From positions 1 through 63,055 of the forward strand of contig JBDIVQ010000006.1 of assembly GCA_039794345.1 (NCBI GenBank): DNA of 63,055 nucleotides. The letters are read 5' to 3'. Within the stretch, counting starts at the first letter, position 1. The number at the start of each line of letters is the position of its first letter. This document shows, piece after piece, positions 12,448 to 24,323 of the stretch. The position numbers were made by a program, and so were the translations under genes. Under the pieces are notes generated by a model, which saw only the letters and a program-made list of their open reading frames with translations, had not been told where the DNA came from and made no database searches. The stretch is from Phycisphaerae bacterium (lineage in GTDB: Bacteria; Planctomycetota; Phycisphaerae; Phycisphaerales; UBA5793).

Positions 12448-14139
12448 TCAGTCGGGAATCTCGGGAACCTCGACGCCGGCCTTGTGCGCAACCACAAGGG
12501 TGTAGGAGACCGCCGACTCCCGGCCCGAGGCGGGCAGATCAACGTCCCAGCGCAACAGCCCTTCCGGCCGCTGACGCAGGCGGAACTCCTCGTCGCGGCT
12601 CAGGCCGGGAGAGAAACCTGTTGTGGAGACGGTGATGCGGTCATCGCGCGAAAGCGGCGAGCGGTCCCAGACTTCAATGGGCATGGCCCGGCCGGTGGAG
12701 TTGGTGATGCGGATGCGGTACTCCACGATCGTCTCGCGCCCGTCGCCGAGCAGGCCTGTCGAGCGTGTGCGATTGCTCACCTGCGTCCGCTGGGCCGCGA
12801 CCCGGTGATCGGTGCCGAAGAAGATCTCGACGCGAGACCCCGGCGCGACGTAGGGCATGGTCGTTTCGCCGACGTACTCGCTCCCGAGAAAGACGGCGAC
12901 CGGCCCCGGCAGCCAGTGGATGCGGCTGGAGTTCTCGATGGTCCCGCGCAGGAAAGCGCTGTTGGAGATGACCGGCACGGCGACGTAACGGAACTCCGGG
13001 CGCACGCTGAAGGTGTTGAGCCGCAGGCGCTGGCCCTGATCGGCGCCGGAGGGGATGGTGGCCGGCTCACCGAATCGATAGAGTGCAAAGGGCGGCGACC
13101 CGAGCGAACCGCGCGAGACCACCCTGCCCCCCTGCCCCACGAGCCGCGCCAGGCTCGCCCGACCCGAGAGCAGCACTCCTTCCTCCACGGGCTGCCGCAG
13201 GGAGAACGACGATCCTTCCGGCGACGCCGGTTCAATGATCCCCGGCGCCAGCGCCGGCGGAGCCGTCGGATCAACGATCGGATGCGTGGAGAAAGCGAAT
13301 GCAACGTCGCGCCAGTCTTCGCCCGTCTGCTGCTCGACCTCGACCTCGAACTCGAGCGACGCCTGCGCGAGGCTCGGATCGGTGCGCACGTTGTACGACA
13401 CGCGGCTCTTCACGCCGGAAGCAAGGTAGGTCAGGCGCAGCGGGATCGTCGGGTCGGAAACCTCGTCGATGGAGAGGCTCAGCCGGGCGGAACGGATGAG
13501 CGGCGGTCCGGCCGACTCGTACTCGACCCGCTCCGAGGTGAGGCGGTCGATCGCCTGCTGGAGGGCTTGCTTTTCATCGGTTACGGTCCGCCGCCGCTCG
13601 AGAAGGGCGGCGTGCTGCTCGGCAAGGTACTTGGAGACGCGGGTGATTTCGTCGAGGTCGAGGCGGCCGGTACCGACCTGCTCGGCGCTGCGCTGAGCCG
13701 TCCGTTCGGCGATGGCGTCGAGGAGCCCTTCTTCCTTGGCAAGGACGAGAAGGCGCTCGTCGAGGATGGCCATCTGGCGGCGGGCGTCGTCGAGTTCCCT
13801 GGTCTTCGCGGCCAGGCCGACTTCGTAGGCCGCGACGTCCTCGCGCTCTTCGTAGGCGACGCGCGTCACGACGGCTCGCCCGCCGGCGTCGGCGCGGATG
13901 GAGGCAGGCTCGATCGTCACGGGCAGGTTCGTGAAGCGCACTTCGTGCAGCCCGGCGGCGAGTTCGACGGAAGCGACGCGCGTCACACTCACCCACTCGC
14001 TGTGAACGGTGACGGACTCGATGCGCCCCGGGGTTTCGATCGGCGGCGAGCCGGCGACCGGACCGCCGGCGGCAAGTGCGCCGATGACGACGAGGCGGGC
14101 CAGCCGGCCGACCAGACGCTGAACGCGGCAGTTCCACAT
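12448..14139 (-). CDS. DUF4140/DUF4139 (MuiA-like) exported protein
   Basis: Signal peptide; IESVTV...VTRVA N-domain; coiled coil; VEQQTGEDW; LPGPVAVFLGSEYVG; IEVWDRSP. Confidence 0.85.
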   Translation of the reverse strand: MWNCRVQRLVGRLARLVVIGALAAGGPVAGSPPIETPGRIESVTVHSEWVSVTRVASVELAAGLHEVRFTNLPVTIEPASIRADAGGRAVVTRVAYEEREDVAAYEVGLAAKTRELDDARRQMAILDERLLVLAKEEGLLDAIAERTAQRSAEQVGTGRLDLDEITRVSKYLAEQHAALLERRRTVTDEKQALQQAIDRLTSERVEYESAGPPLIRSARLSLSIDEVSDPTIPLRLTYLASGVKSRVSYNVRTDPSLAQASLEFEVEVEQQTGEDWRDVAFAFSTHPIVDPTAPPALAPGIIEPASPEGSSFSLRQPVEEGVLLSGRASLARLVGQGGRVVSRGSLGSPPFALYRFGEPATIPSGADQGQRLRLNTFSVRPEFRYVAVPVISNSAFLRGTIENSSRIHWLPGPVAVFLGSEYVGETTMPYVAPGSRVEIFFGTDHRVAAQRTQVSNRTRSTGLLGDGRETIVEYRIRITNSTGRAMPIEVWDRSPLSRDDRITVSTTGFSPGLSRDEEFRLRQRPEGLLRWDVDLPASGRESAVSYTLVVAHKAGVEVPEIPD

Positions 14140-14186
14140 GGCGACATCCTCCCGGGCCGGTGGGCGGCCGTTCCACCCCCGCCGCC

Positions 14187-15530
14187 TCAGCCCACGCCGA
14201 CCGTTACGGGCACGAAGGACGGTGCGCACCGGGCTTCGAACTCTCCGCGGAACTTGTTGACGATGGTGCGCACGGCCCAGTTGTTGCCGTCGGCCAGGCC
14301 GCAGATCGTCGTGCCGGGCATGGCGCCCATCGAGCCGGCGAGTTCGAGCAGGAGATCCAGGTCCTTCAACTTCGCCTCGCCGCGCTCAATGCGGCAGAGG
14401 AGTTTGTACATCCAGCCCGAGCCTTCGCGGCAGGGGGTGCACTGGCCGCAGGACTCGTTCTTGAAGAACCGGGCGATGTTGCGCGCCACCATGACCATGT
14501 CGGTGTCTTCGTCGAAGATGGTCGGGCAGGCCGTGCCCAGGCCGAGGACTTCGTACTTGCGTCCGATGTCGAAGTCCATCTCGGCGTCGAACTGGTCGGT
14601 GCCGAGGACGCCCATGCTGACGCCGCCGGCGATGGCGGCCTTGTACGTCTTGCCGCCGAGCATCCCGCCGCAGTATTCCTCGACGAGTCGGCGCAGGGGG
14701 ATGCCGAGATCGCACTCGTAGACGCCGGGTCGCTGCACGTGTCCGGAGACGCCCATGAGTTTGGTGCCGAAACTCGGCGGGCCGCCGATCTTCGAAGCGC
14801 ACCCGAGCGACTTGAACCACTCGACCCCGTGCTCGACGATGAAGGGGACGCAGCAGAGCGTCTCGACGTTGTTGATGATCGTGGGCTTTCCGAAGAGGCC
14901 CTTGACGGCGGGGAAGGGCGGCTTGATGCGCGGCCAGCCGCGCTTGCCTTCAAGGGATTCGAGCAGCCCCGTCTCCTCTCCGCAGATGTACGCCCCCGCG
15001 CCGCGGTGCAGGTAGCACTCGACCTTGAAGTCCGAGGCGCCGTTGAGCAGGCCGCGACCGCCAAAGATGCCCTTCTCGTACGCCTCGGCGATCGCGCTTT
15101 CGAGAATCCGCGCCTGGTGGTGGTACTCGCCGCGGATGTAGATGTACGCTGTCTGAATCCCGCAGGCATAGCAGGAGATCGCCGTGCCCTCGAGGAGCAT
15201 GTGCGGGTCGTAGTCGAGAATCAGCCGGTCCTTGAAGGTGCCCGGTTCGGATTCATCGGCGTTCACGGCGAGGTAGCGCTGCCCCTGGTAATTCTTCGGG
15301 AGAAAGGTCCACTTGAGGCCGCAGGGAAAACCCGCCCCGCCGCGCCCGCGCAGGCCCGAGTCCTTGACCAGGTCCACGACGGCTGCGGGCTCCATCGCGA
15401 GGGCGCGGGCGAGCGCCTGGTAGCCCCCGGTGCGGACGTACTCGTCGTAGGGCACGGTTCGCCGATCGCGCGGATCGCCGTAGGGAAAGGTCGGAATGCG
15501 CCTGGTCAGGACCGGACCGGTCATCGGCAT
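14187..15530 (-). CDS. nuoF: NADH-quinone oxidoreductase subunit F
   Basis: SGLRGRGGAGFP, NADESEPGTFKDR, GAGAYICGEETGLLESLEG, ESCGQCTPCREG, TICGL. Confidence 0.93.
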   Translation of the reverse strand: MPMTGPVLTRRIPTFPYGDPRDRRTVPYDEYVRTGGYQALARALAMEPAAVVDLVKDSGLRGRGGAGFPCGLKWTFLPKNYQGQRYLAVNADESEPGTFKDRLILDYDPHMLLEGTAISCYACGIQTAYIYIRGEYHHQARILESAIAEAYEKGIFGGRGLLNGASDFKVECYLHRGAGAYICGEETGLLESLEGKRGWPRIKPPFPAVKGLFGKPTIINNVETLCCVPFIVEHGVEWFKSLGCASKIGGPPSFGTKLMGVSGHVQRPGVYECDLGIPLRRLVEEYCGGMLGGKTYKAAIAGGVSMGVLGTDQFDAEMDFDIGRKYEVLGLGTACPTIFDEDTDMVMVARNIARFFKNESCGQCTPCREGSGWMYKLLCRIERGEAKLKDLDLLLELAGSMGAMPGTTICGLADGNNWAVRTIVNKFRGEFEARCAPSFVPVTVGVG

Positions 15531-15712
15531 GGCGAGGGGTGCTCCACGGGTTCGGGGCAATCATAGAACACGATGGCAGCCCTGCCATGCCGTCCCCGCC
15601 GGGCCGCAGGAACCTCGAAAAAGCCCGGCAGGGCGCATATCATTCACTCAGTCGCACGGCCGCGCACGGGCGACGTCCGCACGGATCCGAGGCTCGACCG
15701 AGACCCCCGCCC

Positions 15713-18292
<2,580 letters not shown>

Positions 18293-18402
18293 GCCGCGGG
18301 CGATCGTCCCGATCCCTCCGCACTCCAGTCCCCCGTCAGCAGTTGGCGGCGGTCCCCGACGACAACGCCCCGTGGTTTCGGCGAAGTGTATGGGGAGGCT
18401 GC

Positions 18403-18750
18403 ATGCCCATAGTCGAGTGGTCTGAACAGGTTCTCGTCGTCGATCTGCTCAACGAGCCCGCACTGAGCGACGATCTCCTCTCGCTGGCCGAGCGCCTCGA
18501 AGCCGGCGGAGCGCAGAACGTCGTGCTCAACTTCCTCGGCGTCGGCTTTCTGAACAGTTCCAACATCAGCCAGTTGCTCCGCGTCCGCGAAGTGCTGCGG
18601 ACCACCGGCGGCCGCCTGTGCCTCTGCTCGGTCAACCCGAGCATCGCCTCGGTCCTCGAAGTCACCCACCTCGACCGCCTCTTTCACCAGGAAGCGGACA
18701 CCGCCAGCGCCCTCGCCGCCCTTCAGATGGCGGCGGGCGGCGGCGATTGA
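18403..18750 (+). CDS. STAS domain protein (anti-anti-sigma-like)
   Basis: VVLNFLGVGFLNSSNI...GGRLCLCSVNPSIASVLEVTHLDRLF; GGAGG RBS. Confidence 0.85.
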   Translation: MPIVEWSEQVLVVDLLNEPALSDDLLSLAERLEAGGAQNVVLNFLGVGFLNSSNISQLLRVREVLRTTGGRLCLCSVNPSIASVLEVTHLDRLFHQEADTASALAALQMAAGGGD

Positions 18751-18949
18751 AGCGAGATATCTCACGCTTGTCCCTTTCTTGATGTCCCGCAAGGTGCTGT
18801 GTCAAACGAGTTGTGAAAAAGCAATCTCGGAAACCAACAAGAATCCCAAAATCAGGTGTTGACTTGGGAGGCGTGGCGGGCGATGATCGTGGGTGAGAGA
18901 TTCCATCGGCAACCTGTTGAGAGTTGCCACATCCGCAGACTGGAAGAAG

Positions 18950-19732
18950 ATGTCCATGAGATTTCGCTGCCTGGCATCCTCATTGATCCTGTCGACGAGC
19001 ACAATGCTCTGCTCGGCGCAGGTGATACCCGTCGCGGCTCCCAACGTGCCTCAGACCGTTGATGACGCAGTTCTCGGCGCGCAGTTGTACCGGATCTTCG
19101 TTGGGACGGGCGAAGGGGCGCTGGTCGTGGAACCGGAGGGGCGCGTGTTGATCTACCAGCGGCTTGAACTTCCTGTGGATGGCAGGGAGTGGCGCATCCT
19201 CGCAGCGACCCCTCGAGCGGGCGTCAATCTGAATCCCGGACGCGTCGAAGGGTACGTCACCGTCAAGGCGGACTACCGCGACGGCGCCAATCGGGGGTTC
19301 CACGTCGATGTCCGTCCATGGGAAGATGGCGGCAAGACTGTCCATGCGTACTTCTCCCTCACGGTGGGCGAAGAGAAGGGAGCGACACTGAATGATGGAA
19401 CGACGATCATTCCGGTCATCGGCGTTCAGTCGCGGTCGTTCACAGGCGATCAACTCGATGCGATACTCGCCGCCATGGAGCAACTCGCCGCCAACGACCC
19501 CGATGACCTGCGCGACATGTGGTGGTTCCTGCTGGATGCTGCGGCACTGTCAGAAGTCCTGCCTCCGATGAACGACATCCGATGCGCCAATTGTCAGTTT
19601 GGCGGACCCGGGTCGTCCAGTTGCACGAATCCCGGCGGTTCCGGCGTTACTTGTGTGTCAGCCACCCACTACGCATGTTGTGGAGGTAGCGGGAGCAATG
19701 TATTCGCTATCTGCTGTCCCAATCCTCCGTAA
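18950..19732 (+). CDS. Hypothetical exported protein with Cys-rich C-terminus
   Basis: Signal-peptide-like N-terminus; 8 Cys in the last ~50 aa; upstream TTGACT-N17-GATGAT at 18859-18887. Confidence 0.7.
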   Translation: MSMRFRCLASSLILSTSTMLCSAQVIPVAAPNVPQTVDDAVLGAQLYRIFVGTGEGALVVEPEGRVLIYQRLELPVDGREWRILAATPRAGVNLNPGRVEGYVTVKADYRDGANRGFHVDVRPWEDGGKTVHAYFSLTVGEEKGATLNDGTTIIPVIGVQSRSFTGDQLDAILAAMEQLAANDPDDLRDMWWFLLDAAALSEVLPPMNDIRCANCQFGGPGSSSCTNPGGSGVTCVSATHYACCGGSGSNVFAICCPNPP

Positions 19733-20000
19733 GAAACGGTTGATGAAACAACCGGGCTGTATGCATGTGTTCAGTGCCGAAGTATGATCCGTGCGTCGAG
19801 ATGTGGGGCTTGGGCTGCCGCCATCTGAGAAGAATAACAGATCGCTGAGATTCGCACCACCGGCACGCCACGAGGCGTGCCGGTTCTTCTCATCTCCCAT
19901 CGATCGAATCGAGCCGAACATATCATCACCTTGGCACCAACCACCCCGAGGATTGACATGGGCCGTTTCTGTGTGCGCCGATGCGGCGCGGGGGAGTCCA

Positions 20001-20288
20001 GTGAGGTATCGCATCATCTACTTGATCGTGGCGCTGGTTTTGCTTTGTCTATGCCTCCTCGTACTCCTTGACGTGCTCAAACCGTTTTGGGGCATTGACC
20101 ATGCATTGTCGTTGGGGATTCCATGGGGCATCGCATTTCTGCTGGTGTGGGTGATTCTGGAATGCCTCCACACATGGGCTCGAGTCAAGTCCTCGGTAAT
20201 GCAGTGTCCTCACTGCGATCACTCTCTGCGCGGCCTCAAGTGCCCCGAATGTGGCGAGCGCCTCGACAAAGCGTCGGACGCCGCCTAA
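20001..20288 (+). CDS. Small membrane protein with C-terminal zinc ribbon
   Basis: GTG start after GGGGAG; two TM helices; CPHCDHSLRGLKCPECG. Confidence 0.65.
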   Translation: MRYRIIYLIVALVLLCLCLLVLLDVLKPFWGIDHALSLGIPWGIAFLLVWVILECLHTWARVKSSVMQCPHCDHSLRGLKCPECGERLDKASDAA

Positions 20289-20345
20289 TCCGCGATTTCA
20301 GCGCTCAGTCGACCCGATCCATGCATGACCGGTACACTTGGGGGC

Positions 20346-21152
20346 ATGAGCCTTCGTTCCTCAAACGGCGCCCCAGCCCCGCCCCCCGCCCCCTCCGGCC
20401 ACGCCCGCGAGGTCATCGCCCGCATCCGCGGCCTGACCAAGACCTACTACAAGCCGGACGGCTCCGTCCTCGTCGAGGCCCTCAAGGGCGTCGATCTGGA
20501 AGTCGAGCGCGGCGAGTTTGTCGCCATCATGGGCGCCTCCGGATCGGGCAAGTCCACCCTCATGAACCTCCTCGGCGCCCTCGACCGCCCCACCTCCGGC
20601 GAGTACGTCCTCGACGGCGAGAACGTCGCCCAACTCGACGACGTCGGCCTTTCGCAGGTGCGTGGGCACAAGATCGGCTTCGTCTTCCAGGCCTTCAACC
20701 TCATCCCGGCGCTGACGATTCTTGAAAACGTCGAAGTGCCCCTCTTCTACCAGGGGATCCTGCCCGCCGAGCGGCACCGGCGCTCGAAAGAGAAGCTCGA
20801 ACTCGTCGGCCTCGGCGACCGCCTCCACCACCGCCCCAGCGAACTCTCTGGCGGACAGCAGCAGCGTGCCGCCATCGCCCGCGCCCTCGTCAACGACCCG
20901 GCGATCATCATGGCCGACGAGCCCACCGGCAACCTCGACAGCAAGACCGGCGAGGCGATCCTCGAAGTGCTCCGCGACCTGCATGAGCGCGGTCTGACGA
21001 TCTTCATCGTCACCCACGACGACAGGATCGTGGCGCGGTGCGAACGCGTCGTGCGCCTGCGCGACGGCCTGCTCGAGTCCGACGAAGTGCTCCGCCGCAC
21101 GGGAACACTCGCCGGCCGCGCCGGCGTCACGGCGTCGGCGGCCGTATCCTAA
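20346..21152 (+). CDS. ABC transporter ATP-binding protein (LolD/MacB-type)
   Basis: GASGSGKST, IGFVFQAFNL, LSGGQQQR, MADEPTGNLD, VTHD. Confidence 0.93.
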   Translation: MSLRSSNGAPAPPPAPSGHAREVIARIRGLTKTYYKPDGSVLVEALKGVDLEVERGEFVAIMGASGSGKSTLMNLLGALDRPTSGEYVLDGENVAQLDDVGLSQVRGHKIGFVFQAFNLIPALTILENVEVPLFYQGILPAERHRRSKEKLELVGLGDRLHHRPSELSGGQQQRAAIARALVNDPAIIMADEPTGNLDSKTGEAILEVLRDLHERGLTIFIVTHDDRIVARCERVVRLRDGLLESDEVLRRTGTLAGRAGVTASAAVS

Positions 21153-21158
21153 CGATGC

Positions 21159-21662
21159 ATGCGAATCATCGGCATCGATCCCGGTCTGCGACTCACCGGC
21201 TACGGCTGCGTAGAAGTCCGGCCGGGCCGATGGGAACCGCAACTCATCGAAGCGGGCGTCATTCGCCTTGACAGCCGTGACGCCGTCGCCTCGCGTCTCG
21301 TCGAGCTCTTCGCCGACCTCGGCTCGATTCTCGATCAACTCGCCCCGCGGTGCATCGCCGTCGAAAAGTTGTACGCCCACTACGCCCATCCCACGACGGC
21401 GATCAAGATGGGCCACGCGCGCGGCGTGATCCTCCTCGCGGCGCGGCAGCGCGAGATCGACCTCATCGAAGTCGGCGCCACGGAGGTCAAAAAGTCCCTC
21501 ACCGGCAACGGCCACGCCGCCAAGCGGCAGATTCAGACCGCGGTGCAGGCCCAGTGCCGCCTGAGCGAGCGGCCGCATCCCCCCGACGTCGCCGACGCCA
21601 TCGCCATCGCTCTCTGCGCCGCCCGGCGCGGCGCCATGCCCCGCGCGCGGGCGCTGGCCTGA
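21159..21662 (+). CDS. ruvC: Holliday junction endonuclease RuvC
   Basis: IIGIDPGLRLTGYG, AVEK, GHARGVI, VKKSLTGNGHAAK, DVADAIAIALC. Confidence 0.95.
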   Translation: MRIIGIDPGLRLTGYGCVEVRPGRWEPQLIEAGVIRLDSRDAVASRLVELFADLGSILDQLAPRCIAVEKLYAHYAHPTTAIKMGHARGVILLAARQREIDLIEVGATEVKKSLTGNGHAAKRQIQTAVQAQCRLSERPHPPDVADAIAIALCAARRGAMPRARALA

Positions 21663-21675
21663 AGGAGATCCTCCC

Positions 21676-22137
21676 ATGCGCTACCTCTGCCTCGACGTGG
21701 GTGACAAGCGAACGGGACTGGCCGTCGGAGACGACGAGACGGGCGTCGTCTCACCCGTCGGCATGGTCGAGAGCGCCCTCGAAGGCGCGCTCATCGACCG
21801 CCTGGCCCTCGCCGTGGATGAACACGGACCCGATGAACTCGTCATCGGCCTGCCCCTCAACATGGACGGCACCCACGGGCCTCAGGCCCGGCGCATCGCC
21901 GCCTTCGCCGAGAAACTCGCCGAGCGCCTCCTGCTGCCGATCCGCCTGCAGGATGAACGGCTCAGCAGCGCTGCGGCGGATGAGGCGATGTCGCGCTCGG
22001 GCCTGACGCACAAGCAGAAAAAGCAGCGGCGTGACGCCCTTGCGGCGGCGGCGATCCTCCGCGCCTTCCTCGACGCCCGCCTCGGCACCGCCGCGCGGAC
22101 CGACACCGATGCCCCCCCTACCGTTGCGCCGGCATGA
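21676..22137 (+). CDS. ruvX: RuvX/YqgF nuclease
   Basis: LDVGDKRTGLAVGD, VIGLPLNMDG, DERLSS, DALAAAAIL. Confidence 0.93.
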   Translation: MRYLCLDVGDKRTGLAVGDDETGVVSPVGMVESALEGALIDRLALAVDEHGPDELVIGLPLNMDGTHGPQARRIAAFAEKLAERLLLPIRLQDERLSSAAADEAMSRSGLTHKQKKQRRDALAAAAILRAFLDARLGTAARTDTDAPPTVAPA

Positions 22138-22658
22138 AGCGTCTGTTCCTGCAACTCACCCTCGCCAACTTCCTCCTGCTGGCGATCGTCACCCTCTGGG
22201 GGCTGTTCCTTCCCCCCGCCTCGCCGGGGATGAAACAGTTCGACGTGCTCGTCGTCCTCGCCGCCCTCTTCTGCCTCACCGTCCACTCCATCGTCTACAC
22301 CTACTTCATCGCCAGCGGCAAGTTCGTCCAGAGCGCCATCGAGGAGCACGGCTACGCCGACCGCAACGCCCTCGCGCTCAATAAGGCGTACAAACTCAAG
22401 GCCTTCCGCTACGGCTTTCTGGCCATCCTCGTCACCGCCGGGGCGATGATGCTCCACTTCCTTTCGGCTCAGCCGCACGGCGAAGGCGGCCTGTGGCGGG
22501 GCTGGGCCGCGATCGGGGCCGGCCTCGCCTTCCTGATGAACATCCACGCCGCCCGCATCGAGTGGAAATACATTTGCGCCAACAGCGTCTTATCCGATGA
22601 GATCCTCCAGGCCCTGGGCGATCGGACGAATGGCGGCCCCTCGACCGCCGGGGCGTAG
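22134..22658 (+). CDS. Hypothetical membrane protein
   Basis: About four TM segments; ATGA overlap with ruvX. Confidence 0.75.
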   Translation: MKRLFLQLTLANFLLLAIVTLWGLFLPPASPGMKQFDVLVVLAALFCLTVHSIVYTYFIASGKFVQSAIEEHGYADRNALALNKAYKLKAFRYGFLAILVTAGAMMLHFLSAQPHGEGGLWRGWAAIGAGLAFLMNIHAARIEWKYICANSVLSDEILQALGDRTNGGPSTAGA

Positions 22659-22676
22659 GAGCAGGGAGATGATCTG

Positions 22677-23450
22677 GTGAACTTCTTGATCGCACTCGTC
22701 ATGCTGCTGCTCGCGATGAGTCCTCCTCTCTCGCCGAAGGCCGACGCCCCCGGCCCCATCACGACGGCCGAGCAACTCCTCGACGCCGTCGCCGCCGCCG
22801 ACGCGAAGATCGAGACGCTCCGCGCCACGATCCGCTACAAGACCGTGCACGCCCTGCTCGAGGATGAGCAGATCCGCCAGGGCACGGCGGTGCTGCACAT
22901 CTCCCCCGATCGCCGCCTCAAGCAGTTCCGCGTGACCTTTACGAAGTTCATCAGCAGTCGCGGCCTCGAGGAGCAGTCGCGCGACTACATCTTCGACGGC
23001 CGCTACCTCGTCGAACGACTCAACGAAGAAAAGCAGTTCATCAAGCGTGAAGTCGTCCGCCCCGGCCAGGAGATCGACCCCCTCGCCATCGACGGCCCCC
23101 TGCCCCTGCCCATCGGCCAGGCCAGGAACGCCATTCTCAATCGCTTCACCGCCGAGTTGCTCGATCGCGAAGCGGATGAAACGGATCGGCTCAAGGGACA
23201 CTATCGCGTCCGCCTCACCGCCCGCAACGCCGAGGATGATCTTGAAACGGTTGTCCTGTGGTACGATCCCAGAACGCTCCTGCCCGGTCGGGCCGTGATG
23301 ACGGAGCGCAGCGGCAACACCGTTCACGTCGATCTTGCGAACATCGCCATCAACAACGGCGAAGTTGATCCCGCCGAGTTCAGCACCGAGTCCCCCCCGC
23401 TCACCGAAGGCTGGCGCATCGATGTCCGCAACCTCGAAGATGAGCCGTAA
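22677..23450 (+). CDS. Periplasmic LolA-fold-like protein
   Basis: Signal peptide; beta-rich pattern TLRATIRY, YIFDGRYLVE, VDPAEFS. Family assignment tentative. Confidence 0.55.
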   Translation: MNFLIALVMLLLAMSPPLSPKADAPGPITTAEQLLDAVAAADAKIETLRATIRYKTVHALLEDEQIRQGTAVLHISPDRRLKQFRVTFTKFISSRGLEEQSRDYIFDGRYLVERLNEEKQFIKREVVRPGQEIDPLAIDGPLPLPIGQARNAILNRFTAELLDREADETDRLKGHYRVRLTARNAEDDLETVVLWYDPRTLLPGRAVMTERSGNTVHVDLANIAINNGEVDPAEFSTESPPLTEGWRIDVRNLEDEP

Positions 23451-23501
23451 GCGCTGCCGCCCGTTTCTCTCCCGGTAGCACGGGTGCACTTGTACGCTCG
23501 C

Positions 23502-23541
23502 CATCGATCTCCGCCCAGAGCGGCGGCGATCGATGCCACCC
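23502..23541 (-). repeat. Palindromic REP-like element B, copy 1
   Basis: Reverse complement of 24137-24176 with one mismatch; internal hairpin catcgatc...gatcgatg. Confidence 0.85.
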
Positions 23542-23557
23542 CCGTCCGCGCAGGGCA

Positions 23558-23850
23558 GAGGTATGCGGTTGTGAATTAAGAGGGTGCCACTGCACGCTCG
23601 CTGCTCTGAGCGAGAGTGCAGTGCGGGGTGCGGAGGTGTGCGGTTGTGAATCAAGAGGGTGCCACTGCACGCTCGCTGCTCTGAGCGAGAGTGCAGTGCG
23701 GGGTGCGGAGGTGTGCGGTTGTGAATTAAAAGGGTGCCACTGCACGCTCGCTGCTCTGAGCGAGAGTGCAGTGCGGGGTGCGGAGGTGTGCGGTTGTGAA
23801 TCAAGAGGGTGCCACTGCACGCTCGCTGCTCTGAGCGAGAGTACAGTGCG
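23558..23850 (+). repeat. Tandem repeat, 75 bp x ~4, each unit with hairpin element A
   Basis: tgcggttgtgaa recurs at 23564, 23639, 23714 and 23789; hairpin cactgcacgctcgct/agcgagagtgcagtg. Confidence 0.95.
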
Positions 23851-24136
23851 AAGGGCAAGTGCGATCGACGTTGCGGGCCCGCCGCTCCGTCTGCCCCGAG
23901 TCCGATCGAAAGGGCGCGGCCCGGCGATTGCGCGTGTTCGCATCGCCCGCCGATATCACGACCAGCCTGCGCCCAACTGTTGCCGAATCGATCGGCGAAG
24001 GCCGGTGATCGGCGAAGACCCTCCCTCACGGTCGGGGCTCGGATCATCGCTGCGCGATGAATCGAACCCGCTTCCCTACGGGCCCGATGGATGCCCAGTG
24101 CCTGGTGGAGCACTTCCACATCAGACCTATCGATGC

Positions 24137-24176
24137 GGGTGGCATCGATCGCCGCCGCTCCGGGCGGAGATCGATG
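24137..24176 (+). repeat. Palindromic REP-like element B, copy 2
   Basis: gggtggcatcgatcgccgccgctccgggcggagatcgatg. Confidence 0.85.
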
Positions 24177-24213
24177 ACGATTGTGCAAGGGCGAGCGAGA
24201 ACCCTTGCCGTCT

Positions 24214-24258
24214 GCACTGCACTCTCGCCCAGAGCCGCGAGCGTGCAGTGGCACCCTC
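24214..24258 (-). repeat. Inverted solo copy of hairpin element A
   Basis: Reverse complement reads gagggtgccactgcacgctcgcggctctgggcgagagtgcagtgc. Confidence 0.88.
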
Positions 24259-24291
24259 CACACCTGCAACGAAACTGCCCTATTGCCCAGC

Positions 24292-24323
24292 GCCTGATGC
24301 CTGATGCCTGATGCCTAATGCCT
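24292..24323. repeat. Heptamer tandem repeat (GCCTGAT)x~4.5
   Basis: gcctgat gcctgat gcctgat gcctaat gcct. Confidence 0.9.

Noticed and set aside
11896-14721. 941-aa plus-strand ORF and similar long ORFs (7143-8642, 32046-34199, 34646-36547, 49049-51151, 56149-58101)
   Set aside because: Antisense shadows of well-supported genes, as expected in high-GC DNA.
23558-23850. CRISPR array
   Set aside because: Units are near-identical over the full 75 bp, there are no unique spacers, and no cas genes are in the window.
22590-24304. ORFs with 25-aa repeats (22590-24269, 23401-23943, 23621-24304)
   Set aside because: Open frames produced by the 75-bp DNA repeat. Two overlap real genes on the opposite strand, and none looks protein-like.
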